A stretch of 64,000 bases of DNA, from contig NC_068987.1 in the NCBI RefSeq assembly GCF_001194135.2, positions 5,936,841 to 6,000,840 of the forward strand, given 5' to 3'. Below the pieces are notes generated by a model that was not told where the DNA came from, searched no databases, and saw nothing but the letters and a program-made list of their open reading frames with translations. The number at the start of each line of letters is the position of its first letter. Position 1 is the first letter of the stretch. The translations under genes were made by a program, and so were the position numbers. This DNA is from Octopus bimaculoides. Its lineage: Eukaryota. Shown piece after piece: positions 13,250 through 24,499 of this stretch.

Positions 13250-13615
13250 CACTCTGCTGCCAGAAATCGCTTGTACTTGTATTTCCAAGGGCAGAGCCTT
13301 GTTACATTCTGTGTCACGTCGAACCTCACTGAGAACTACGTGAAGGGAACGCGTGTCTGTGGAGTACTCAGTTACTTGCACATTAATTTCTGTTGTGTCG
13401 ACGCCACCAGATGATGCAGTAGGCTAGCCCAATACGTAGATATAGAGGGAGAAATCTAGATGTCGAAGTAGTTGAGTAGAGGTCATCCGAACGTGCGATA
13501 TAACAGTGGCGACGAGGATTTCGTAGCTCACACGGCCACTGTGTAGTATTGCAATATAACAATTTCACAAGTAGGCTGTTCCGTTGATTGGCTCAACTGG
13601 AATACTCGCCCTAGT
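13250..13615 (+). mobile_element. SINE family 3 3' half, interrupted by a 171-bp insertion
   Basis: Family 3 sequence ...CACATTAATTTC|ACAAGTAGGCTGTTCCGTTG... is split at 13390/13567. Confidence 0.8.
13391..13561 (+). mobile_element. Miniature LTR-retrotransposon-like insertion (solo LTR or TRIM-like remnant)
   Basis: TGTT...AACA termini, 5-bp TSD ATTTC (13386-13390 and 13562-13566), and an internal TATAACA followed by the PBS-like TGGCGACGAGG (13507-13517). Confidence 0.65.
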
Positions 13616-13867
13616 ATCCGATGAAATGCAAGTTTCTTTATATTTTCTTTCGATTTGATACTTCAATACGAGTTTCGTATTATTCTTAAAAGGTTATTTG
13701 AATTCGTTTTCGTTGAAAATTATGCAGTATGTATAATCTACAGACTGAGTTTCCTAAACGTGAAGGGTAATTACATTTAAAATGATTGATACATTAACCA
13801 CTGGTTCAATAACTTTAAAGATTTTTTTTCTCTTGAGTACTACGTTTCATAAGCTCTTTACTCACTT

Positions 13868-14125
13868 ACTATGGCGTATTGGTGGCAGAGACCACAACTC
13901 TCCTCCTGAACGGGACACTGGTCCGTTGCAGGGTTCAATTTTGAGTAGAGGGAAGATGTCAAATTATACTGACCCCAGTATTACACTGGTACTTTATTGT
14001 AACGAATCGGTTGGAATGAAAAGCAACGTCAACTTCCGCAATATTTGAACTCAGTACGTAAAAATCCGTAGGAAACGATGCTTAACTTTTTATCCGGCGT
14101 GTTAACGATTCTGCCTGCCCACCGC
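13868..14125 (-). mobile_element. Diverged SINE with a family 1 head and body and a different downstream box
   Basis: Minus strand has the family 1 head and body, followed by CCCTGCAACGGACCAGTGTCCCGTTCAGG, which resembles the box in the family 4 copies at 14.5-14.8 kb. Confidence 0.6.
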
Positions 14126-14371
14126 CTGCAGCTGTTAATTGCATAATGCATAATCTTCAGAAATGGTTGCGTAAACTTTAAAGCTACTTCGAAATAATCG
14201 ATATATTTACAACGTGTTCAATCGTTGCAATCAATCAATCAATCAATTACTCAATCAAATTTCATTTATTTTTCCTTTTATGCAATATTTAAGTTTATAA
14301 CTTTCTTAAAATGTGAAGTGTATCTCAGTTTCAAGAATAGCAATCGAACAAACGGTAAATTGCTCCTGAGT

Positions 14372-14860
14372 GAAGACTAGTGGGTAGGGTGTTGCACTCA
14401 TGACCGTAAGATTGTGGTTTCGCTTCCCGAACCGAGCAGTGTGCTGTGTTCATGAGAAAAACCTTTCATTTCAAATTGCTGCAGTCCAGCAGTAATTGGA
14501 AAGTTAATCCTGCAATGGACTGACGTCCCATCCAATGGGGTTTTGTTGTCTCAGTCGCTTAAATGCCATAGAAACTGGGTTAACATCCGACCTTATGAAA
14601 TCTAAGGTTCAAAACGGACGTAAGCCTCGGCTTCCTTTTCATTTCAGTTTTATGGTAAAGATGCTAAGGCCGGATGGTGCGTTGTGTTCCTAACAAAAAC
14701 ACCTTTAGTTCAGATAGTTACAATCCACTCAAATGAGTATGAAAATTAGCTGGGAAATTAACTCTGCGATGAACCGGCGTCTCGTTCAGGAGAGAGTATT
14801 CTGCTCTCAGTCACTTACACACAAAACAAACCGGATTCAATTCCGGCCTTCCGAGAGCTT
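14372..14860 (+). mobile_element. Two diverged SINE family 4 copies (conserved central box CCTGCRATGGACTGRCGTCCC...GTCGCTT...GAAACYGG)
   Basis: tRNA-like head remnants, GTGTTCNTGAGNAA box and repeated central box at ~14510-14580 and ~14764-14835. Superfamily name (Meta/V/CORE type) not verified. Confidence 0.65.
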
Positions 14861-14930
14861 ATCAGAGACCTACGTAATTAATTAAAATCTTGCTGTAATA
14901 TCTTCTTCGGGATAATATCAAACCTTTGTA

Positions 14931-15146
14931 AGGCAGCGAACAGACAGAATCGTTAGCACACCAGACAACCTGCTGGTGGCATTTCGTCCGTCTTTACGTC
15001 CTATGTTTAAATTCCACTGTAGTCATCCTAGCCTTTCATCCGCTAGGAGTCGATAAAGTAAGTACCAGTTGATCACTGGGGCCGATGTAATCGACTTCAA
15101 ACCTCCCTCGAAATTCCTGGCTGTGTGCTAACATTCGAAACCATTA
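14931..15146 (+). mobile_element. SINE family 1 copy
   Basis: Head, Deu-like box and tail A recognisable. Confidence 0.8.
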
Positions 15147-15354
15147 TTCTTTTCTACTCTCGGCACAACGCCCAAAATTTAAGGAGAGGAGGTCAGTCGA
15201 TTAGATCGACCCTGCTGGTACTTAATTTATCGACTGCGAAAGGATGAAAGGCAAAGTCGACCTCTGCGGAATTTGAACTCAGAACGTAAAGACAGACGAA
15301 ATACCGCTGAGCATTACACCCGGCGTGCTAAGGTTTCTGCCATCTCGCCGCCTT
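15147..15354 (-). mobile_element. SINE family 1 copy, tail-to-tail with the preceding copy
   Basis: Near full-length reverse-complement match to the family consensus. Confidence 0.85.
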
Positions 15355-15844
15355 ATAATCGAAACCAATGTTGTATCGGTTTGTTTAGAGGAAATAAACT
15401 ATATTTACTTACGCTGTTCTTTGTGGTATACCCTAGTAACAAGTACTTGATAACCTGTATTGCCGTCTGCTCCGTTTTTATTTTTATACCAATTTACTTA
15501 TGTCTCCGATGATATTTAAAAAATCATGGTCGTTATACAGTCTTGTTTCTTTTGCAGAACAATGACAAGTATTGTCGGATCAGAGTTATTAATACCCCTT
15601 TGATGTTGAAGACACTGTAAAGCCAGTACAAATCTTGATTTAAATAAAATATCATAAAATTCTAAATTTATTGACTGTGATGTGATTCGAGTTGTTCACA
15701 AAATAAAGAGAAGTTTACACGTGACCTACCAAGAACATGAAATATAGAAATAAAATTAAAATAATAAGAAATAAAAGCTTGCCTATAGTCCGTTGTAATT
15801 AGAAGTGCAACTTTTGTTGAACAAATAGTATCAAATATACATAA

Positions 15845-16345
<501 letters not shown>

Positions 16346-17073
16346 TTAAAAAAACAACGAAAATAAAATGTGAACAAAATGAGAGCACGAAAATAAAACT
16401 AAGATTTTAAAGGTATGGAGAATAATGGAAACATATGTAAACATAGCAGAAATAAGAGGAAGAAAAGAAAAAATTGTTGAACGGTAAGTAATGTTATATT
16501 TTTCCTGTAATGCGTGCGAACGAAAGGACACTAAAATCAATTGTCTGAAAGCAAATGTCCACTTATGTGTAAAATGGTGCTCCTTAAAATAACCACTTGC
16601 TACGTTTTATAGCGTATGAAGACATTTCTCTGTATTTTACTTGCATTTTCCTTTTGTACCGGAAACAAAATGCAAAATCTTCATTCTTCTAACGACACTT
16701 AGAAAATTGGTGATCATTTATAGAACACTCTATCATAGCTGGAAACAAGGAAGAGACAACGCGTTTATCATCTTTATCGATTATTTCGTTGTTGAGTCAG
16801 GTAGAATCTGAGAATCTAGGGAAATTATATTCATGGTGACAGGAACGGAAAAAGAAACGGAGATGTATTTCAAAAACTTTCTTTGCTACCGTTGCCTCTT
16901 GTCTGTTTTCAATGTAATTACAAGAACGATAAGGGTTGTACATACCAAATAACACAGACACAGACACAGACAGCCACCCACATATACTTACATATATACA
17001 TATATAGATATATATGCATATATACGTGCATACACACACATACACACGCATGCACACAAACACACACACACAC

Positions 17074-17106
<33 letters not shown>

Positions 17107-17774
17107 NNNNNNNNNNNNNNNNNNNNNNNNNNNNNNNNNNNNNNNACGCGTTTATCATCTTTATCGATTATTTCGTTGTTGAGTCAGGTAGAATCTGAGA
17201 ATCTAGGGAAATTATATTCATGGTGACAGGAACGGAAAAAGAAACGGAGATGTATTTCAAAAACTTTCTTTGCTACCGTTGCCTCTTGTCTGTTTTCAAT
17301 GTAATTACAAGAACGATAAGGGTTGTACATACCAAATAACACAGACACAGACACAGACAGCCACCCACATATACTTACATATATACATATATAGATATAT
17401 ATGCATATATACGTGCATACACATATAGATTTATATCCTTAAGTGTAAATGTGAGTTAGCATAAGCATTGCTATTCCTGTATATTCTCATTACTTCATCT
17501 GTAAGTGTATACTTGTAGAAGAGTTAAGTTTAATAAGATATCTATGAGAACGAACAACCGTATTGAATGTAAATGATACTAAATCTAATAACATATCTGA
17601 AAAGGGAGTTCTCTTAGCATTGTAATATGATAAACTTGCCAGTATCTTGTGTTTGCAAATGATACTGAACTACATAGCGATAATGTGCGGAAGCAATTTA
17701 GATTTAAGTTCTTAGTATTTAATCTGAGTATTTAACGGCGGTGTTTAAAAACACTGGGAATCTAAGAAACAAGG

Positions 17775-18140
17775 ATTCCGTTTATTCATCTCCGACCATT
17801 ATTCTTGGGAAAGTTGTGGCGATAGAATCTTCAAGCACCTCCTACATAGGTTCCAGTCAAAAACAATCGTCATCTCACTTTTCGTCTGGATACTGAGGTG
17901 TAACAAACTCGGGCTGTGGTTGTTATTAAACTAAGTAGTTCTTCGTCTACTCCTAAGCCTTTTGCCGGTTGGCCTGGCTTGAACAATCCGTCTTGTTATT
18001 CGTTCCTGCGATATTCTAATCACATACCCGTAGTTCCCAAGAAGTGACCACCTCTCAAAGTAAAAAGTAAGCAGCTCAACCTGAAGACACTCACTCATCT
18101 CCGAGCTATAGACTGTCGAGTAAGGTTACTCCTAAGATCT
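17775..18140 (-). mobile_element. Decayed RTE-clade LINE 3' fragment (Expander/Rex3-like C-terminus)
   Basis: Minus-strand translation YVIRISQERITRRIVQARPTGKRLRSRRRTT*...KILSPQLSQE* matches the RTE C-terminal pattern GHV.RM..ER...R...ARPTGKRPRGRPRTRW...LLPPRP. Confidence 0.7.
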
Positions 18141-18146
18141 TATACA

Positions 18147-18944
18147 TTTGCCTTTGTGAGTTACAAGTAATGCTATCTGTTGGAGTTTCGGCACTTTAGC
18201 TGCTATTTCTGAACTTCGGTATGTGGTGAAGTAACTGTTGCTGACCCCTTAATTATGTTTATATATGTATAAGAACTTTTAAATAAGTTCTTCACCGATA
18301 ATGGTGTTTTCTTACCGAAGGGCTTGGTAAAAAAAAATTATTAATTGTTAATTTATTAATAAATTAATAAATTGATAATCCTTTACCCTTTTAATTGTAA
18401 TAATTATTCATTCCCCGATAGTAAACCGCAGATTTTCTGCGGTATTGCTTGTGACGCACATGGTAGTCTTGAGGTGGGATGATGAGCTGGCTGGCCGTTG
18501 CAGGTTCGGATATGTTTTCAAGCTGTGCCGATGGATGATGTCGCTCGGTCATGCATGCACAACTGCTTGCATCGTCGAATTTGCAACTGGAATATCATAC
18601 TGATGAGGTAATGAAGGATTTGCACTTCTAAACCAGAAACGCGTATATGATTAACTATGACTAGTTTTGTTCGTTTATTCTATTCTTCTTGTTTTGCCTT
18701 TGTGAGTTACAAGTAATGCTATCTGCTGGAGTTTCGGCATTTTAGCTGCTATTTCTGAACTTCGGTATGCGGTGAAGCAACTGTTGCTGACCCCTTAATT
18801 ATGTTTATAAATGTATAAGAACTTTTAAATAAGTTCTTCACCGATAATGGTGTTTTCATACTGAAGGGCTTGGTAAAAAAAATTATTAATTGTTAATTTA
18901 TTAATAAATTAATAAATTGATAATCCTTTACCCTTTTAATTGTA
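18147..18944 (+). mobile_element. Hammerhead-bearing partial-tandem repeat, family B (546-bp unit plus ~250-bp partial unit)
   Basis: 18147-~18398 is repeated at 18693-18944 (period 546), ends at (TA)n, and is homologous to 45988-46639. Confidence 0.85.
18594..18651 (+). ncRNA. Minimal type I hammerhead ribozyme (family B)
   Basis: AUCAUA-CUGAUGA-[GGU..GAAG/CUUC..ACC]-A-GAAAC-GC-GUA-UAUGAU: perfect 6-bp stem I, palindromic ACGCGU stem III, GUA cleavage triplet; stem II imperfect. Confidence 0.8.
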
Positions 18945-19546
18945 CATATATATATATATGTATATATATATATGTATATATCTGTTTAGTAGGTGTGTGT
19001 GTGTGGGGGGGGGTATTTGGCTGGGTTTATGAGTGTATCTCTATGTATATTATTATACACGTGTTTCTGTGATAGTGTCTGTAAGTGAGGTACCTCTGTT
19101 TTGTTACATGCCTTTGCCTGTTAACGCATGCGCATGAATCTCACTTAATATGTGGCTTTACTTTATTAATCGATACAATTTTATAGCAATAAATTTCTTA
19201 AGACAACAATTTAGCAGAAGGAAAATAACCAGTCACGTATCAAATTAAAATCAATATATCATTTTTCTGTTTTTTCATGTCATTTGGATTATGTTTTTTC
19301 CTTGTTCAAATCATATTTTTATGTTTTTGTTGCTGTTATCATTCTTGTTGTTTCTTTTTTATTGCTCATCGATCACAGCAATATTTGTTGGCCCAATGCA
19401 ATTATATCATCATTGCGATGATTATAGTTCAGTAGAGAAAAATGCTTAACAGAGCGATAGCTAAGACAAATGTAGGAATGGGCATAACAGAGCAATAGCA
19501 GCGAGAGCACCAGAAACAACAGCCACGGTGGCTGCAACAGCTACAA

Positions 19547-19548
19547 TG

Positions 19549-19614
<66 letters not shown>
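19547..19614. repeat. (AAT)n microsatellite directly 5' of the family A element
   Basis: Direct inspection. Confidence 0.95.
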
Positions 19615-19617
<3 letters not shown>

Positions 19618-19797
19618 TCGAAAATACCTTAGGAATGAGAACCCAGGTTCGAAATTTTCCAAAGGCACCTGATGAAGGCTGGAATCTATATCAGCCGAAA
19701 CGTTGTGTTAGCAACAAAAAAGATGAGGACAAATATCCGTCAAATGTAAATAATGTAAATAATGTACATAATTCCTCATCTCTTAAATATAGAACTG
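19615..19797 (+). mobile_element. Hammerhead-bearing element, family A, second copy
   Basis: High identity to the reverse complement of 8267-8447. Confidence 0.8.
19664..19709 (+). ncRNA. Minimal type I hammerhead ribozyme (family A)
   Basis: GGCAC-CUGAUGA-A-GGCUGG(AAUCUAUA)UCAGCC-GAAAC-GUU-GUGUU. Confidence 0.8.
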
Positions 19798-20409
19798 CAT
19801 TTCAATATTCATGTCATAAATTTTGTTCTAAAGAAAATTTTTTTCTGAGAGTTCCAAGGACACTTTTGTAAAAAACAAACAAACAAAAACGTAGTATAGT
19901 TTTCATTACGTGTGAAATTGCAATTTCTTTCAAACTTGAGAATACAGAACGACCTAACGAATATTCTATATCTATGGAAGCAATGATAGGTTAACATGCT
20001 CTCTAGAGCACCATTAATTTTTTTCCCTCTAGACGACTCTTCACTCTGAGATTAGTTTAGGTTTCTCAAGATATCTTCCGTTTAATAGCTAGATATATTA
20101 TCTGGTGCAAAATATGCCGCTTTCAAGAATAGCTTCTCTTTATACGTCTATAATTGTCAGTGATATTTTTCCCTTAAAAAAGAAAAACAAAATCAATATA
20201 AACTTTGCTTTACATATATTTCTACTAATGCTTTGGCTGACTCTGTGAATACTACAGTAAGTAATATTTAGTAATGCAGACGAATTGTTGATAATAGAGT
20301 TAAACTGTCGCCTTGGGGCAGACGTCGACTCCTATTTTGTCTTTCGATTTCATTGATGCCCCCGGGACTTAGACATACTATCAAGATAACAGCTTTCACT
20401 TTATCCATA

Positions 20410-20444
<35 letters not shown>

Positions 20445-20905
20445 GAATTTAATGTCCTTTTCTTACAGAAATCAATAAAATGTTACACTGGAATATTTAC
20501 AACCGAGTTCCACCAAATGACTTAATATAAGGACTTAANNNNNNNNNNTATATATATATATATATAAGTATGTATGTGTGTGTGTGTATGTGTGTGTGTG
20601 TGTATGTATTATGTATGTATTATTGTAGCGTTGTCTCGTCTTAATGGAAAACAGTATGTGTGTTTTTGTGTGTGCATGCGCACACAGTAACACCAGCGCG
20701 CACGTACACACATACACACATACACACACATTGTAAGGTATTAGAGGGAGAAAAAAATAAATATACCTAAAAATGAAGTTTCAGCCGTTATGCAACAATA
20801 ATATCATGCAATATAAACTTTCGATAGAAAAAAGTAGGCTTCGAAAATAGAACCGTGGTTTAAAGTCTAAACGCAGTTGTCTTTATTGTTTAATTTATAG
20901 AGAGG

Positions 20906-21359
20906 GTATGTAGTTTGTCCGTCGATGCGACGAAGACCATCTAGTCATCCTGGAGTGGGGGTGGACTTTTTTGTGAGTCCGCAGATGGCTAGTGAGGCCA
21001 ATCTGCGCCCGAAAGAGTCTTTGACAGTGTGGACAGGGAATGGTAGCGCCTGCTACAGGGTTGTTAGCTCTGTTCTTCCTGGCTTGTCTGCGGTCTTCTG
21101 CAGTAGCGATCCTATTGGTCTCGCATGTGTTGGCACCCTTGTGGACAGCTGATTGCCATCTTTGTCTATCTAGAGCAGACTGCTCCCAAGTTGCATGGTC
21201 GATGTTGAAGGCTTTCAGTGAAGCTTTCAGTGTGTCCTTAAAGCGCTTCTTCTAGCCGCCTTGTTAGCGCTTTCCCCTTTGCAGTTCGCCAAAGAGCAAT
21301 CTTTTTGGCAATCGATCATCTGACATGCGAACTACGTGCCCTGCCCAGCGAAGATGATG
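20906..21359 (-). mobile_element. RTE (BovB-like) LINE, 5'-truncated 3' end
   Basis: Translation [50 protein letters not shown]...CPHCQRLFRAQIGLTSHLRTH is the typical RTE C-terminus with a terminal C2H2-like motif; two in-frame stops, no frameshift. Confidence 0.9.
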
Positions 21360-22225
21360 CTATAGAGAGAGTATCTGCATATATGGCACGATTGGGCTTC
21401 AGTTTTCGGTTTTCGATAAAACAGTTTTCAGTAAAGAAGTGATTATGACATGATTATGTATTAATTTCGCCCAAATGTTTTGTCTTGTACCTATGCAAGA
21501 AATAAATATAAAGTGGTAATTCTAACGAAAAGATATTTTTCAATACTTTAGTGGAAAAGTGGTGTTCATTTGATACAAGCAGAAAGAACAGGATTGAACT
21601 ATTTAATCTTAAGCGGTTGGGTCAAATATACAGCAATGTTTCAGTTCACCAAACCCTCGACACATTTTATTTGAACTGAGCCATTTGAACTCCTGGAAAA
21701 GAAACGAAACGAAAATTCTATTTCCCTCTAATAATAGAAGTTGTATCAATTGCTAAAACGAAGCATTATTGTGCAATTGAAGCATGTAATGATCTAGTTG
21801 GGCGCTTCTGGTAATCTAATCTGTTGACTTGATTTTTATTCCCAATCATAGATGTGTTGTTCGTTTGGGAATAGAATGAGTTGATGTTCATGGTCGGAAG
21901 TAATGTTTGATCATGAGAGGAGTGGAGTAAAAGAAAACATGTTGCTTCCAGTTAAATACTTTGCCTCACATCCTTTAGTGTTTCTAAAATGTTAAATTAC
22001 TTCTACGGTCGGCATCACTTTACATCTCACACAAGTCAATAAAATATGAACTTCAGATACACTGCGTAAATTCAATCATCCAATGTTTTCCTCTATATAA
22101 TGGAAGAAAACATATATTTGATATTGCTGAATGTTACGTTCTGTGAGCTGAGTTAATGATGTAGCCATTTTAGTGCACTTAAAACCGGTACTAACCTTTG
22201 CTGTTGCAGAAGTATCATGATGCAA

Positions 22226-22630
22226 AGGCGGCGAGCTGGCAGAATCGTTAGCACGCCGGGCGAAATGCTTAGAGGTATTACATCTGCCGTTACGTTCTGA
22301 GTTCAAATTCCACCGAGGTCGACTACGCCTTTCATCCTTTCGGGGCCGATAAATTAAGTACCAGTTGCACAATGGGGTCGATGTAATCGACTTAATCCCT
22401 TTGTCTGTCCTTGTTTGTCCCCTCTATGTTTAGCCCCTTGTGGACAATAAAGAAATAAGAAACGTTAGCACGCCGGGCGAAATGCTTAGCGTTATTTCGT
22501 CTGCCGTTACGTTCTGAGTTCAAATTCCGCCGAAGGTCGATAAATCAAATATCAGTTGTGTACTGAAATCGATCTAATCGACTGGCCTCCTCCCCCAAAA
22601 TTTCAAGTTGTGCCTAGAGTAGAAAAGAAT
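22226..22630 (+). mobile_element. SINE family 1 tandem pair (tail B copy followed by an internally deleted tail A copy)
   Basis: First copy ends GCCCCTTGTGGACAATAAAGAAATAAGAA; second ends GTGCCTAGAGTAGAAAAGAA. Confidence 0.9.
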
Positions 22631-23529
22631 TAGCCTGATGCAATCATATTTCTTCTTCCCTGTAAACCACACACACACACTGTGGTACACGTCACTCATG
22701 AATATTAAGCGTACAAATTGGTGCGATGACTATATTTATCGGAAAGGAATTACAGTCTCGCAGCTCATCACTACGTGCCATCAACATAGTCAGATTTGAA
22801 CTCTGATGCAAGAATGATCGAACACTGATAAAATAAATAAGAGCAGGACTGTCCATTTTTAACATTTTCAAGAAAAGAAATAAATACAGTAGAATTAAAT
22901 GCAGTCATTAGAAAAACTATCAGAGATTAGCCACAGAGTTTTTTGGTCGAGTGAGCAAACAACTATGGATATTACGTTTTTGAATGATTGGGCTTCTTCA
23001 GATGGCAGTGAATGTGATTCTTTATTGCTTGGTAGCACTGAAGCCGCTAGTTTACAACATACATTTACATCAATGAGATTATTGATAATTTAATTATAAA
23101 TGGACGCTGACCATATATGTAAATAATAAAACGGTGTTACATTATCATTGTATTCTTTCAATTGTTTCTAACATTAGAATTAACCGCAATTTAGTCACTT
23201 TAGAAATTGGTTTTCTTCATTGTAATATTCGTAAGAGAAACACGTTGTATGGCACCGTTCGCTATTATTTTTACTTTAATTGTCGCCACTAGAGCGCCAA
23301 CAAGTAATGGGAAAGAATGCGTCGAAATAGAAAACCTAAATATTTAAAACGTTTGGATTTGCCTTCCATTGTTGTCCATACAATTAATGCGTGCCCTAAT
23401 CACTTTATTTAACAACACCGTGATCATTTATTGCATTGGAAACCTTCTAAATGATGAAACCCAATTTTAAGACTCACGCATGGTTGTGTGGTCAAGAAAC
23501 TCGCTTTGTAATCACTTGGTTTCGGGTTC

Positions 23530-23957
23530 AGCACCGTCTTTAGTCGAAGAAATCGACCCCGGGGACTTATTCTTTGTAGACCTAGTACTAATTCGATCGG
23601 TCTCTTATTGCCAAACCGCTAAGTTCCGGGGATGTAGACACACAATATCGGTTGTCAAGCGATGGTGGTGGGGACAAACACAGACACACACACACACACA
23701 CACATACACACACACACACACACACATACACACACACACANNNNNNNNNNNNNNNNNNNNNNNNNNATATATATATATATATATATATATATACGACAGG
23801 CTTCTTTCAGTCTCCGTCTACCAAATCCACTCACAAGGTTTTGGTCGGCCGGAGGCTATAGTAGAAGACACTTGCCCAACGTGCCACGCAGTGGGACTGA
23901 ACCCGAAATCATGTGGTTGGGAAGCAAGCTTCTTACCACCCAACAACTCCTGCACCT
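23530..23957 (-). mobile_element. SINE family 2 (tRNA head, CORE-like TTGGGCAAGTGTCTT box, internal (TA)n/(TG)n, 3' body)
   Basis: Minus strand: tRNA-like head with GGTTCAGTCCC B-box, body, internal microsatellite containing an assembly gap, then the GTCCCCACC...GCTTGACAACCG 3' module. Confidence 0.85.
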
Positions 23958-24499
23958 ATACATTTTATAGTTTTAATTCTCTCTCTTTTGCCTGCTCAAA
24001 AAAAACCACATAATTCAAATGTTTTTATCGTTCAAACCGGGCATATCTAGCACATTAATTCTATCTGTTTTATGATCAAACCGGCTAGATGTGGCCTCTC
24101 ATACCTATCTTACAATGTCATTATAAATGTAAACAATCAGCATCATAATAATTTCGAAGCGACAAGATAATATTTAATTCCAAACCATGTGAATAAAATG
24201 GAATCCACATTTGACAGAGTAAACTTAATTCTAAAGAGTTACAAAAGTGTTTTAGTAATATCAGCCAATGCATTTGAGCAATATTCCACGGTGGTGCATC
24301 AGCATGGCCGCAGCTCTGAGCTGAAACTTTGAAATGAAATGAAATATAGAAAATGTCTTAAAAGCGTGAGCTTGTACGTTTGGATAAGTGCGCTATAAAG
24401 TGAGCCAAGTTTATTGTAATTTTCTCTGTAATATAATTGTCACTAATTATATACAGTTTATACAACCTTATGTTAAACATTATACTTATATTACAATGA

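Noticed and set aside
16759-17422. Apparently identical ~275-bp direct duplication either side of a small gap
   Set aside because: Identity plus an intervening microsatellite-bordered gap is typical of an unmerged contig overlap; probably an assembly artefact.
19124-19136. NRF1-like CGCATGCGCA palindrome
   Set aside because: Single short motif in a context rich in GCAT/GT repeats; no supporting promoter features.
22899-23093. 64-aa ATG ORF in unique sequence
   Set aside because: No recognisable domain or splice context; length is within chance expectation.
23282-23298. CTCF-like CGCCACTAGAGCGCC
   Set aside because: Needs a one-base insertion to fit the CCASYAGRKGGC core; not supportable.
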